Below are positions 8,444 through 18,092 of a DNA stretch of 40,360 nt, one piece after another. The notes beneath the pieces were generated by a model. It did no database searches, was not told the origin of the DNA, and saw only the letters and a list, made by a program, of their open reading frames with translations. Numbering within the stretch: the stretch's first letter is position 1; every line of letters starts with the position of its first letter. Origin of the DNA: Deltaproteobacteria bacterium (GTDB lineage: Bacteria; Myxococcota_A; UBA9160; SMWR01); assembly GCA_032128375.1 (NCBI GenBank), contig JAQBGU010000086.1, forward strand, positions 1-40,360, given 5' to 3'. The translations under genes were made by a program, and so were the position numbers.

Positions 8444-10036
8444 ATGAACTTGGACGACTGGCGCATGCACCAAGGCCCGCTGACACGCGATCGCGCGGGC
8501 GATCGCATCTTGATCCTCGACTACGGATCGCAGTTTACGCAGTTGATCGCGCGCAGAATTCGCGAACAGCACATCTACTGCGAAATCCACCCCGGCGACC
8601 GCGATGCTGCGTTCGTCCGCGAGTGGGGACCGGCCGGCATCGTATTGTCTGGCGGACCGGCGAGTGTGCTCGACAGCGGCTCGCCGAAACTCGACCTCGG
8701 GATCCTCGACGTCGGCTGCCCCATTCTCGGGGTTTGCTACGGGCTGCAGTTGCTGACGCATCAATTGGGCGGCCTGGTCGAAGCCGCCGACGATCGTGAA
8801 TACGGGCGCGCAATGCTGAAGGTGGAAAAGGACGACCCTCTGTTTGCGAACCTCGACGGGGGTCCGGAGCGCACGGTCTGGATGAGCCATGGCGACTCCG
8901 TGCTGCGGCTTGCACCGGGGTTCGAGTTGCTGGCGAGCAGCGACAATTCGCCTTTTGCCGCCATGCGCCACACCGATCGACCCATCTGGGCCATCCAGTT
9001 CCACCCCGAAGTCGCCCATACCGATGGCGGCACACAGATGCTCACGAACTTCGCGATCGATATCTGTGGTGCGGCTCCGAGTTGGACCATGGAGTCGTTC
9101 ATCGACGATAGCGTGGCGCGAATCCGCGAGCGGGTCGGCGATCGGAGGGTGATCTGTGGCCTTTCGGGCGGCGTCGATTCGAGCGTGGCTGCGGTGCTCG
9201 TGCACCGAGCGATCGGAGACCAGCTCCGCTGTATCTTCGTCGACAACGGCCTGCTGCGAAAAAACGAGCGCGCGGACGTGGAGCGCCTGTTTGGAAGACT
9301 CCTCGATGTGCCGCTGATCATCGCGGACGCCGGAAAGCGTTTTCTCGACGCGCTGGCGGGCGAGACCGATCCGGAGCGCAAGCGCCGAATCATCGGACAC
9401 CTGTTCATCGAGGTGTTCGATGAACAGGCGAATGCGATCGGCGGAGCCGATTTCCTGGTTCAAGGTACGCTGTATCCGGACGTGATCGAAAGCGTCCCCG
9501 TGATGGGTCGGTCATCGACGATCAAGAGTCATCACAACGTCGGTGGATTGCCGGAGCGCATGAACCTGGAACTGCTCGAGCCGTTGCGTGAACTGTTCAA
9601 GGACGAAGTGCGCGATGTCGGACGCAAGCTCGGGCTCGATGCCGGAGTGGTGGGTCGACACCCGTTTCCCGGACCGGGCCTGGCCATTCGTGTGATCGGT
9701 GAGATTACCGGGGGAAAACTGGCGAGTCTGCGTGAGGCGGATGCCATCTTGATCGAAGAGATTCGCCGCGCGGGCCTCTACGACGAAATCTGGCAGGCCT
9801 TCGCGGTTTTCCTCCCCGTCCAGACTGTCGGCGTGATGGGCGACGAGCGAACCTATGAAAATGTCGTCGCGATCCGCTGCGTGAGTTCGGTCGATGCGAT
9901 GACCGCCGATTGGTCGCGGATTCCGCACGAAGTGTTGGCGACGATGTCGAGCCGGATCATCAATGAGGTGAAGGGGATCAACCGCGTCGTCTACGATATT
10001 TCTTCGAAGCCGCCTGCGACGATCGAGTGGGAGTGA
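8444..10036 (+). CDS. guaA: GMP synthase (glutamine-hydrolysing)
   Basis: [45 protein letters not shown] and KPPATIEWE. Confidence 0.98.
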   Translation: MNLDDWRMHQGPLTRDRAGDRILILDYGSQFTQLIARRIREQHIYCEIHPGDRDAAFVREWGPAGIVLSGGPASVLDSGSPKLDLGILDVGCPILGVCYGLQLLTHQLGGLVEAADDREYGRAMLKVEKDDPLFANLDGGPERTVWMSHGDSVLRLAPGFELLASSDNSPFAAMRHTDRPIWAIQFHPEVAHTDGGTQMLTNFAIDICGAAPSWTMESFIDDSVARIRERVGDRRVICGLSGGVDSSVAAVLVHRAIGDQLRCIFVDNGLLRKNERADVERLFGRLLDVPLIIADAGKRFLDALAGETDPERKRRIIGHLFIEVFDEQANAIGGADFLVQGTLYPDVIESVPVMGRSSTIKSHHNVGGLPERMNLELLEPLRELFKDEVRDVGRKLGLDAGVVGRHPFPGPGLAIRVIGEITGGKLASLREADAILIEEIRRAGLYDEIWQAFAVFLPVQTVGVMGDERTYENVVAIRCVSSVDAMTADWSRIPHEVLATMSSRIINEVKGINRVVYDISSKPPATIEWE

Positions 10037-10042
10037 CGTCAA

Positions 10043-13000
10043 GTGTCGGCTGAACCCTTTGTTCATCTTCACCTGCACTCTCAATATTCGCTGCTCGACG
10101 GTGCGATCAAGATTTCCCCCTTGTTCGAGCGCGCCAAAGAGCTGAACATGCCCGCGGTTGCGCTGACCGACCACGGCAATTTGTTCGGCTCGGTCGAGTT
10201 CTACGTCAAAGCGCGTGAAGCCGGAATCAAGCCGATCATCGGTTGTGAGATGTACATCGCTACCGGCTCGCGGTTTACGAAAGAAAAACGCGCGCACGAT
10301 TCGAGTGGCTACGACGCCATCAACCACCTGATCTTGTTGGCCATGAATGAGACCGGGTACCGAAACCTCGTGTATCTGTCGTCCAAGGCGTACCTGGACG
10401 GATTTTATTACAAGCCGCGCATCGATATGGACCTGCTCCGCGATCACAGCGAGGGGTTGATCGCCACCTCCGGTTGTTTGTCTTCGATGGTCTCGCGCGC
10501 AATCACCGGTGGTCGCACGACCGAAGCCTGGCAGCTGGTCGAAGATTTCGCGGGCGTGTTCAAGGACCGGTATTACCTGGAGCTGCAGCGCCATGGCATC
10601 GGCGACCAGGATGTCGTCAATGCCGAGTTGGTCAAGATGTCGCTGGACATGAACCTCCCGTTGCTCGCCACCAACGATTGTCACTACCTCGGTCACGCGG
10701 ACAACGACCATCACGATGCGCTGCTGTGTATCGGGACGGCGACAAACCTCGACGACCCGAACCGCTTCAAACTCGACGGCAAGGGGTTCTACCTGAAGTC
10801 GGGCGACGAGATGGCGGAGGTGTTTTCGGATCATCCTTCTGCGCTGCGCAATACGCTGGAGTTGGCCGAACGTTGCAATGTCGAACTCGCGGTAGATACA
10901 GGCGAATACCACCTGCCCGATTTTCAGGTTCCAGCTGGGGAAACCAAAGAGCAGGTGCTCGGGCGAGCGGCGTGGAGAGGGCTGAAAGAGCGACTCGGGT
11001 TGCAGCCAGACGAGCCACTCGGAAGCAAGTACGCCGCCTACGAAGAGCGCATGAAGACAGAACTCGGTGTGATCGAACCGATGGGTTTTGCGGGCTACTT
11101 CCTGATCGTCGCCGATTTCATCGATTTCGCGCGCCGGGAAGACATCCCAGTGGGTCCGGGTCGGGGCTCGGCTGCGGGCAGCCTGGTCGCGTACAGCATG
11201 GGTATTACCGGTGTGGATCCAATCGAGTACGACATTATCTTCGAGCGATTTCTCAACCCCGAGCGGATCTCGATGCCAGACGTCGACGTCGACTTCTGCA
11301 TGCGCGGCCGCGACCGGGTAATCCAGTACGTGGCGGAGAAGTACAACGGAGAAGGCGACGATGAACGCCGGGTCGCACAGATCATCACGTTCGGAAAGCT
11401 CCAGGCGCGCGCCGCGATTCGCGATGTGGGTCGCGTGCTCGGCATGGCCTACGGCGACGTCGATCGCATCTCGAAGCTGGTTCCCGACACGCTCGGAATC
11501 AGCTTGGACGAGGCAATCGAACAGAGTGTGGAGATTCGCGCACGCGCCCAGGCGGACGGCCAGGTCGCGCAACTGCTCGAGATCGCGCGTGGGCTCGAGG
11601 GCCTGACCCGGCACGCATCGACCCACGCGGCTGGAGTCGTGGTGTCCGATCGGCCGCTGATCGATTTGGTTCCGCTATACCGCGATCCGAAATCGGGCGA
11701 TGTGGTGACGCAATACGACATGACCGGCGTCGAGCGGCTCGGTTTGATCAAGTTCGACTTTCTCGGCCTCAAGACACTCACGACGATTCACGATGCAGAA
11801 CGCCGGATCCGCGAATCTGGACATCCCGACTTCCGCGTCGATAAGGCGCCACTCGACGATCCGGCGACCTACGAGATGCTCGCCAATGGAGACACCGAAG
11901 CGGTGTTCCAGGTCGAGTCCGCGGGGATGACCGACCTGGTCGTCAAGCTGCGACCGAAGACGTTCAAGGAAGTGATTCCGCTGGTTGCGTTGTATCGACC
12001 CGGACCGCTCGGTTCAGGCATGGTCGACGATTTCGTCAACCGCAGGAACGGCGTCACCCCGGTCGAGTACCTGTGTCCGGAGCTCGAGGAGCTGACGGCC
12101 GAGACGCTGGGCGTGATCGTCTACCAAGACCAGGTGCTGCAGATCGCCAACCGGTTGGCCGGTTACAGCCTGGGCGAAGCCGACCTGCTGCGTCGCGCAA
12201 TGGGCAAAAAGAAGCCTGAGGAGATGGAGCGCCAACGCGCGAAGTTCGTCGCCGGGGCGATCGCGCGAAACATCGACAGAGTCAAGGCTGAACAGGTGTT
12301 CAGCCTGATGGCCGAGTTTGCGGGCTACGGTTTCGCGAAGTCGCATTCGACCGCCTACGCGCTGATCACCTATCAGACCGCTTATCTGAAGGCGAACTTC
12401 CCGCTCGAGTATCTCGCTGCGGTGATGACGACCGAATCGGGTAATCACGACAAACTGTCGCGCTACATCACCCACATTCGCGGACGCGGTATCGAGCTGC
12501 TGCCGCCGGATGTGAACGAATCATCGCGCGACTTCACGGTCGTACCCGGCGGAATCCGCTTCGGCTTCTCGGGGATCAAGAACGTGGGGGAGGGTGCGAT
12601 CGATTTGATCCTGGCGGCGCGCTCCGGCGGCGGGCCCTTCGAAACTCTGTCTGGCTTCTGCGAGCGGGTCGAGGGACGCAAGGTCAACCGGCGCGTGGTG
12701 GAGAGCCTGATCAAATGCGGTGCATTCGATTCGATCCACGGCAACCGGGCAGCGGTCTGGGCTGGACTCGATGCCGCACTCGAATCCGGGGCCGCTACGC
12801 AGCGCGACCGAGAGATTGGCCAGGGGAGTCTTTTCGGAGGTTCGTCTGGGGACGCGCTGCCCGCCGCAGTGCTCCCGGAGACCCCGGCGTGGACCGACCG
12901 CCAGCAACTCGAGTACGAGAAACAGGTGCTGGGCTTCTTTGTGTCCGGACACCCGTTGTCCGCCGTTTCGGACCAGATGTCGAGGTTCGTGGATGTCGTC

Positions 13001-13552
13001 TCGAACGATACGGCGAAGTTCGATGGTCGCGAAGTCTGGGCTGGTGGCTTGTTGACGTCGATTCGCGAAACCCGGACCCGACGTGGTGCATTGATGGGAT
13101 TCGCTGAACTGGAAGATCTGGAGGGAACCTTCGAACTCGTCATGTTCAGTGAACCACACGCGCAGTTCGGAAGCCTGATGAAGAGCGCAATCGAGGGCAG
13201 CGAGGAGACGGGTCCGGTGCCGCTGCTGGTGTTCGGGACTCTGGAAGCAGGTGACACACCCAAGATCCTGGTGCGGCAGGTGTTGCCACTCGATCGCGCC
13301 GACGAGCGGCTGTCGAAGCAGCTCGATGTCACAGTGATCTCGGACGAGGCCACACCTGATCGACTGACTGCACTGCGTGATCTGCTGCACAGCAATCGCG
13401 GAGAATGCGAAGTGATCATTCGGCTGTTGATCCCGGGCGAGAGCGAAACGCTGATGACACTCAATGGTGCACCGGGAGTCCGGGCGAGCGCAGCGCTGCT
13501 CAAGGACATCGATGGACTGTTCGGGCGTCGTGTCACAGAGCTGTCGACATGA
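10043..13552 (+). CDS. dnaE: DNA polymerase III alpha subunit
   Basis: PHP domain (FVHLHLHSQYSLLDG), GPGRGSAAGS, ERFLNPERISMPDVDVDF, KFDFLGL and an OB fold. Confidence 0.98.
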   Translation: MSAEPFVHLHLHSQYSLLDGAIKISPLFERAKELNMPAVALTDHGNLFGSVEFYVKAREAGIKPIIGCEMYIATGSRFTKEKRAHDSSGYDAINHLILLAMNETGYRNLVYLSSKAYLDGFYYKPRIDMDLLRDHSEGLIATSGCLSSMVSRAITGGRTTEAWQLVEDFAGVFKDRYYLELQRHGIGDQDVVNAELVKMSLDMNLPLLATNDCHYLGHADNDHHDALLCIGTATNLDDPNRFKLDGKGFYLKSGDEMAEVFSDHPSALRNTLELAERCNVELAVDTGEYHLPDFQVPAGETKEQVLGRAAWRGLKERLGLQPDEPLGSKYAAYEERMKTELGVIEPMGFAGYFLIVADFIDFARREDIPVGPGRGSAAGSLVAYSMGITGVDPIEYDIIFERFLNPERISMPDVDVDFCMRGRDRVIQYVAEKYNGEGDDERRVAQIITFGKLQARAAIRDVGRVLGMAYGDVDRISKLVPDTLGISLDEAIEQSVEIRARAQADGQVAQLLEIARGLEGLTRHASTHAAGVVVSDRPLIDLVPLYRDPKSGDVVTQYDMTGVERLGLIKFDFLGLKTLTTIHDAERRIRESGHPDFRVDKAPLDDPATYEMLANGDTEAVFQVESAGMTDLVVKLRPKTFKEVIPLVALYRPGPLGSGMVDDFVNRRNGVTPVEYLCPELEELTAETLGVIVYQDQVLQIANRLAGYSLGEADLLRRAMGKKKPEEMERQRAKFVAGAIARNIDRVKAEQVFSLMAEFAGYGFAKSHSTAYALITYQTAYLKANFPLEYLAAVMTTESGNHDKLSRYITHIRGRGIELLPPDVNESSRDFTVVPGGIRFGFSGIKNVGEGAIDLILAARSGGGPFETLSGFCERVEGRKVNRRVVESLIKCGAFDSIHGNRAAVWAGLDAALESGAATQRDREIGQGSLFGGSSGDALPAAVLPETPAWTDRQQLEYEKQVLGFFVSGHPLSAVSDQMSRFVDVVSNDTAKFDGREVWAGGLLTSIRETRTRRGALMGFAELEDLEGTFELVMFSEPHAQFGSLMKSAIEGSEETGPVPLLVFGTLEAGDTPKILVRQVLPLDRADERLSKQLDVTVISDEATPDRLTALRDLLHSNRGECEVIIRLLIPGESETLMTLNGAPGVRASAALLKDIDGLFGRRVTELST

Positions 13553-14403
13553 GTCGAGGCTTTGGTTGGCGATCGTGGTGTAGCGTTGCGGTGGAATTCG
13601 AGGCCTGGCGGGTTGCCCTCGGGGTGGGGTTGGCTGTACTCGTTTTGACTGCGCCCGCCGCAGTCGCTCGGGATATCGAACAGATCGAATCAGTCGGGAG
13701 CGCAGCGATCTGGCGGGAGGCCGTATCGGACGAAACGGGAACTCCGCGGGACCGCGCCGTTCGCGACGCGTTGAAAGAAGCGGTTCACACGTCGGCGTTG
13801 TCATGGGTCGCGATCGTCGGCGAACTCGACCTCGATCGACTCGCTGCTGCGCTCGGAGACGACCCCTACGTGTTCGTTTCCCGGTTTCACGTCGTTGAAG
13901 ACCGAGGCGTACAGCCGGCTTTGTTCAATGCGAATCCGGAGGTCGAATCGGAATACCGCGTGATCGTCGAGGTCTACGTTGACCGGGATTTGATCCGCGA
14001 GCGACTCGTCGCGGGCGGGATGCTCGAAGCCCCCTCGGGGAAGGTTGCGACGAATCGAACCCGCATCGCGCTGGAAGGACTCGATGACTACCAAGCGTAC
14101 GAGTCCATCCGAATTGCGCTCCTGGGGGGTGTTGGCGCACGCTCCGCGACACCGGTGGAAGCGATGCCTGGCCGAATTGTGCTGGCCGTTGATTCGAACC
14201 TCACTGGCTTCGAATTGCTGAGAGCACTCGAGGGCGCGATTCCACGCCATTTGGAGCTGGTTCCTCTGCAAGTCGATCCGGATTTACTCCGACTGCGGGT
14301 GTCGATCGGCGCGCTGGACTTGCCCGAACCGGAAGGTGATTCGAGCTCCCAGTCGCAACCCGCGCTTGACCCGATTGACACAATAGGGCGAAATCGGTAT
14401 TGA
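13549..14403 (+). CDS. Exported hypothetical protein, weakly resembling the FlgT N-terminal domain
   Basis: ATGA overlap with the dnaE stop. Hydrophobic signal-like segment, then ESVGSAAI...RDRAVRDALKEAV. Confidence 0.65.
   Translation: MSRGFGWRSWCSVAVEFEAWRVALGVGLAVLVLTAPAAVARDIEQIESVGSAAIWREAVSDETGTPRDRAVRDALKEAVHTSALSWVAIVGELDLDRLAAALGDDPYVFVSRFHVVEDRGVQPALFNANPEVESEYRVIVEVYVDRDLIRERLVAGGMLEAPSGKVATNRTRIALEGLDDYQAYESIRIALLGGVGARSATPVEAMPGRIVLAVDSNLTGFELLRALEGAIPRHLELVPLQVDPDLLRLRVSIGALDLPEPEGDSSSQSQPALDPIDTIGRNRY
14375..14403 (+). promoter_or_regulatory. Probable sigma70 promoter for the tRNA-Val/thrS operon
   Basis: Perfect TTGACA (14375-14380), 17-bp spacer, imperfect -10 TATTGA. Confidence 0.45.
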
Positions 14404-14437
14404 ATTCGCGTTCTTAGACAGTATCCGAGATGATTTT

Positions 14438-14512
14438 TGGCACGTAGCTCAGTGGGAGAGCGCCGCCCTGACACGGCGGAGGTCGGCGGTTCGAAACCGC
14501 CCGTGCCAACCA
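14438..14512 (+). tRNA. tRNA-Val (GAC)
   Basis: Acceptor TGGCACG/CGTGCCA, anticodon arm CCGCC-CTGACAC-GGCGG, GGTTCGAA T-loop, encoded CCA. Confidence 0.97.
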
Positions 14513-14633
14513 CTTCCCAATCGACCATGGGGTCAGCAGCGTTCAAAGGCTCCCCAATCATGCTTCTGCCAGTTCTCTTGATGAGAAGGGATCGTGAACA
14601 CCGCATGACCTGTTGCCACCACCGCACCCCTCG

Positions 14634-16577
14634 ATGAGCGAGATTCAAATCCGCTTGCCTGACGGCAAGACGCTCACGATGTCTGCGGGTTCGACCCTGC
14701 TCGATGTGGCGGAAAGGATCGGACCCGGTTTGGCGCGCGCTGCGTTAGCCGGCCGCATCGACGGTAAACTCACCGATTTGCGTGTCCCGATCCAATTCGA
14801 TGCATCTATCGAAATTGTCACAGACAAGGACCCACAGGGCGGGGAGATCATCCGACACTCCGCCGAGCACGTCATGGCGGACGCCGTAAAGCGTCTATAC
14901 CCCGATGTTCAGATCGATGTCGGGCGTACAGATCACAGCGAGAAGTTTCAGTACGACTTCCTCGTCCCGCGACCCTTTACCCCCGACGATCTCGAACAGA
15001 TCGAAAAGGAGATGGGCAAGATCATCGCCGAGAAGGGCGAGTTCACGCGCGAGGTCATGACACGCGAACAGGCAAAGGCGTACTTTGCTGAGCGAGGAGA
15101 GCAGTTGAAGCTCTCTCGCATCGATGACATTCCCGGCGATCAGCAGATATCAGTCTACCGACACGGCGAATTTGCGGATTTGTGTCGCGGCCCACACGTT
15201 CGAAGCGTCGAGCAGATTGGGGCGTTTTCTCTGACGGAGTTGGCCGGTGCATACTGGCGTGGCGACGAGAGCAACCCGATGCTCCAGCGCGTCTACGGCA
15301 CGGCGTTCTCCACCCCCAAGCAACTTCGCGCACATCTGGCGCGAATCGAGCAAGCCAAAGCGCGCGACCATCGCCGCGTCGGTGCCGACCTGGAGCTGTT
15401 CTTTACGGATCCGATCTCGCCCGGATCGCCGTTCTACCTGCCGAAGGGGATGATTCTGTACAATGGGCTGGTCGACTACATGCGCGACCTCTACCCCCGG
15501 TACGGCTTCCAGGAAGTCATGACGCCGCAGTTGTTCCGGACTGCGCTGTTCAAGACCTCTGGCCATTACCAGCTGTTCAAGGACGACATGTTCTTGTTGG
15601 AGGGCGACGAGGACGAAGAACTCGGCGTCAAGCCGATGAACTGTCCCGGCCATTGCCATCTGTTCGGGACGAAGAAGCACTCTTATCGCGAACTCCCGAT
15701 CCGCTACGCGGAATTCTCGAGGCTGCACCGAAACGAGCGCAGTGGCACGCTGACCGGCTTGTCGCGCGTGCGCTCGATGGCGCAAGACGATGCCCATATC
15801 TTCTGCGAGCCGGAACAGGTCGATGCCGAACTCGACGCCTTCTTCGCGTTGACGATCGAGGTGTACCGCGCACTCGGGCTCGATGGGGTCGAGGTCGCGA
15901 TCGCTACTCGCCCCGCCGAATTCAGCGGTGAGCTCGAAGATTGGGAGCGGGCCGAGAAGCGGCTCGTCGATGCGGTCAAGCGCGCCGGATTCGACTGCAC
16001 GAGCAAGCCCGGCGACGGGGCCTTCTACGGTCCGAAGATCGAGTGCAATTTCGCCGACGTGATGGGTCGCCCATGGACGCTATCGACGGTTCAGATCGAC
16101 GTCGCGATGCCGGGCAGGTTCGGTTTGCAATATGTGGGGCGTGACAACGCGCTTCACCAGCCCGAGATGCTGCACCGGGCCGTGCTGGGCTCGCTGGAGC
16201 GCTTCATCGCTCTGTACACCGAGATGACGGGTGCGGACTTTCCCTTTTGGCTAGCGCCGGTACAGGTTTCCCTGCTACCGATTACCGAACGCCATTTGGC
16301 CTATGCTGAGAAGGTCCGAGATCAGCTGGAGAGTGTCGGGATCCGCGTCTTCCTGGACGCGCGCAACGAGAAGCTCGGCTACAAGGTTCGAGAGGCGGAA
16401 ACCCAGAAAATTCCACTGATGCTTGTCATGGGTGATCAGGAGGAGGCCGATGGGACGGTTACGCCGCGCCATCGGCGAGGCGATCAAAAGGCGAATAGTG
16501 CGATTGAGGTCGAAAGCCTGGTAGCGCAACTCGCAGAAGACGTGAGACTACGGCGCGTTTCGCGCCAGGAGGGTTGA
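14634..16577 (+). CDS. thrS: Threonine--tRNA ligase
   Basis: TGS domain, RHSAEH, DLCRGPH, RDHR, KPMNCPGH, GAFYGPKI and HRAVLGSLERF. Confidence 0.98.
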   Translation: MSEIQIRLPDGKTLTMSAGSTLLDVAERIGPGLARAALAGRIDGKLTDLRVPIQFDASIEIVTDKDPQGGEIIRHSAEHVMADAVKRLYPDVQIDVGRTDHSEKFQYDFLVPRPFTPDDLEQIEKEMGKIIAEKGEFTREVMTREQAKAYFAERGEQLKLSRIDDIPGDQQISVYRHGEFADLCRGPHVRSVEQIGAFSLTELAGAYWRGDESNPMLQRVYGTAFSTPKQLRAHLARIEQAKARDHRRVGADLELFFTDPISPGSPFYLPKGMILYNGLVDYMRDLYPRYGFQEVMTPQLFRTALFKTSGHYQLFKDDMFLLEGDEDEELGVKPMNCPGHCHLFGTKKHSYRELPIRYAEFSRLHRNERSGTLTGLSRVRSMAQDDAHIFCEPEQVDAELDAFFALTIEVYRALGLDGVEVAIATRPAEFSGELEDWERAEKRLVDAVKRAGFDCTSKPGDGAFYGPKIECNFADVMGRPWTLSTVQIDVAMPGRFGLQYVGRDNALHQPEMLHRAVLGSLERFIALYTEMTGADFPFWLAPVQVSLLPITERHLAYAEKVRDQLESVGIRVFLDARNEKLGYKVREAETQKIPLMLVMGDQEEADGTVTPRHRRGDQKANSAIEVESLVAQLAEDVRLRRVSRQEG

Positions 16578-16580
16578 GGT

Positions 16581-17366
16581 ATATCCGATTTCCGTAAGCC
16601 GGGTAAAAAAGAGGACGTGCCGCGCATGAATGAGTTGATTCGCGCGGCAGAAATCCGTGTGATCGCAGACGACGGCGAGCAACTGGGTGTGATGACGCCT
16701 GCGGACGCTATTGAGCGGGCGCGGTCGGTAGGGCTCGACTTGGTCGAAGTGGCTCCGGGCTCCAGGCCGCCGGTTTGCCGGATCATGGATTATGGTCGGT
16801 ACAAATACGAGCGCAAGAAGAAGTTGGGGAAGAGCAAGGGGCACGCCGCCGCGCTGAAAGAGGTGAAGCTGCGACCTCGAACCGATCAGCACGACCTCGA
16901 CTTCAAGCTGAAAAACGCCAGGCGCTTCCTGACCGGTGGCGACAAGGTCAAAGTCACGGTCATGTACCGGGGGCGCGAAATGGTCCATCGGGAGTTCGGC
17001 TACCAACAACTCGATCAAGTGAAGGATTTGTTGGCAGATATTGCTAACGTCGAGAACCCGCCTCGGATGGAAGGTCGATTCCTGTCGATGATTCTGGTCC
17101 CGATCCGGGAAGCGATCGAGGCTCTGCAACGGACAGAAGCGGCCGAGAGAACGGGCCGAGACAAACCCGGCGCGAGCAGCGAACCGAAGGTGGAAAAAGT
17201 AGAAAGTGTCGCGCAAGTCGCGGAAATCGATACAGTCGAGGACGCCGAAACCGCCGAAACCGCCGAAACCGTAGAAGCAGTCGAAGCCATTGCGACTGTT
17301 GAGAACATTGAGAAAACTGGGAAAGTTGAGAGAGTCATGGAAGCCGCCGCAGCCGACGCGGAATAG
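16581..17366 (+). CDS. infC: Translation initiation factor IF-3 with acidic C-terminal extension; probable non-canonical ATA start
   Basis: [35 protein letters not shown] and GDKVKV. An in-frame ATA at 16581 lies 8 nt after GGAGG. Confidence 0.95.
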   Translation: MSDFRKPGKKEDVPRMNELIRAAEIRVIADDGEQLGVMTPADAIERARSVGLDLVEVAPGSRPPVCRIMDYGRYKYERKKKLGKSKGHAAALKEVKLRPRTDQHDLDFKLKNARRFLTGGDKVKVTVMYRGREMVHREFGYQQLDQVKDLLADIANVENPPRMEGRFLSMILVPIREAIEALQRTEAAERTGRDKPGASSEPKVEKVESVAQVAEIDTVEDAETAETAETVEAVEAIATVENIEKTGKVERVMEAAAADAE

Positions 17367-17389
17367 GGAATAGGAAGGAAGCCGGTTCG

Positions 17390-17581
17390 ATGCCGAAAAT
17401 GAAGACCCATCGCGGTGCCGCCAAGCGTTTCAAGAAGACCGGCACCGGGAAGATCAAGAGAATGCGCCGCAACAAGCAGCATATTCTCACCAAGAAATCG
17501 CCGAAGCGAAAACGCCGTCTGCGCAAAGGGGCGCTCGTCAGCTCGGCGGACGCGAAGCGCATCAAGCAGATGATTCGGTAG
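17390..17581 (+). CDS. rpmI: 50S ribosomal protein L35
   Basis: [21 protein letters not shown]...[15 protein letters not shown]. Confidence 0.98.
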   Translation: MPKMKTHRGAAKRFKKTGTGKIKRMRRNKQHILTKKSPKRKRRLRKGALVSSADAKRIKQMIR

Positions 17582-17619
17582 GCTCTAGCGCCCCAATCTG
17601 GGAACCCGCCCGGTTCGTC

Positions 17620-17672
17620 AGCTAGCGAGCAGGCGAGCAGGCAGGCAGGCAAGTAGCAAGTACAAGTAAAAG
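17620..17672 (+). repeat. Degenerate short tandem repeats in the rpmI-rplT spacer
   Basis: GCGAGCAG x2, then (GCAG)n, then CAAGTA x3. Confidence 0.65.
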
Positions 17673-17723
17673 AACGCCGGCAGGGAAGTCGCTCACTCTC
17701 TGACCCATGAAAGGAGAAGTCAC

Positions 17724-18080
17724 ATGGCGCGAGTCAAACGCGGCGTCGCTTCACGCAAGCGGCGGAATCGCGTTCTGCGGAACGCCAGAGGTTATTACGG
17801 TGCGCGAAGTCGGCTGTTCAAGGTCGCTCGCGAGACCGTCGAGAAGGGCTGGAAATACGCCTATCGAGATCGCAAGCAGAAGAAGCGGGTCTTCCGACGT
17901 CTATGGATCGCCCGAATCAATGCGGCGGCGCGAGAGAACGGGTTGTCATACAGCCGAATGATTCACGGGCTGGGAGTTGCCGGGGTCGAAATCGATCGAA
18001 AGGTGCTCGCGCAGTTGGCCGTGACCGATCCGAAGGCTTTCGGCGAACTCGCCGAGCTGGCTAAATCTCAAGCCGCTTGA
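17724..18080 (+). CDS. rplT: 50S ribosomal protein L20
   Basis: [31 protein letters not shown] and IDRKVLA. Preceded by an AAGGAG SD. Confidence 0.98.
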   Translation: MARVKRGVASRKRRNRVLRNARGYYGARSRLFKVARETVEKGWKYAYRDRKQKKRVFRRLWIARINAAARENGLSYSRMIHGLGVAGVEIDRKVLAQLAVTDPKAFGELAELAKSQAA

Positions 18081-18092
18081 TCGTCCACCACG

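Noticed and set aside
10043..13552. Intein or split in dnaE
   Set aside because: The length (1169 aa) is normal and no intein terminal motifs or large insertion are visible.
8306..13804. Long antisense ORFs (e.g. 8306-9463, 9512-11626, 12463-13536, 12521-13804)
   Set aside because: Shadow frames opposite guaA and dnaE, expected from high-GC codon bias.
14513..14633. T-box or 6S RNA upstream of thrS
   Set aside because: Too short, with no T-box UGGNACC motif or terminator, and no convincing 6S central bubble or typical context.
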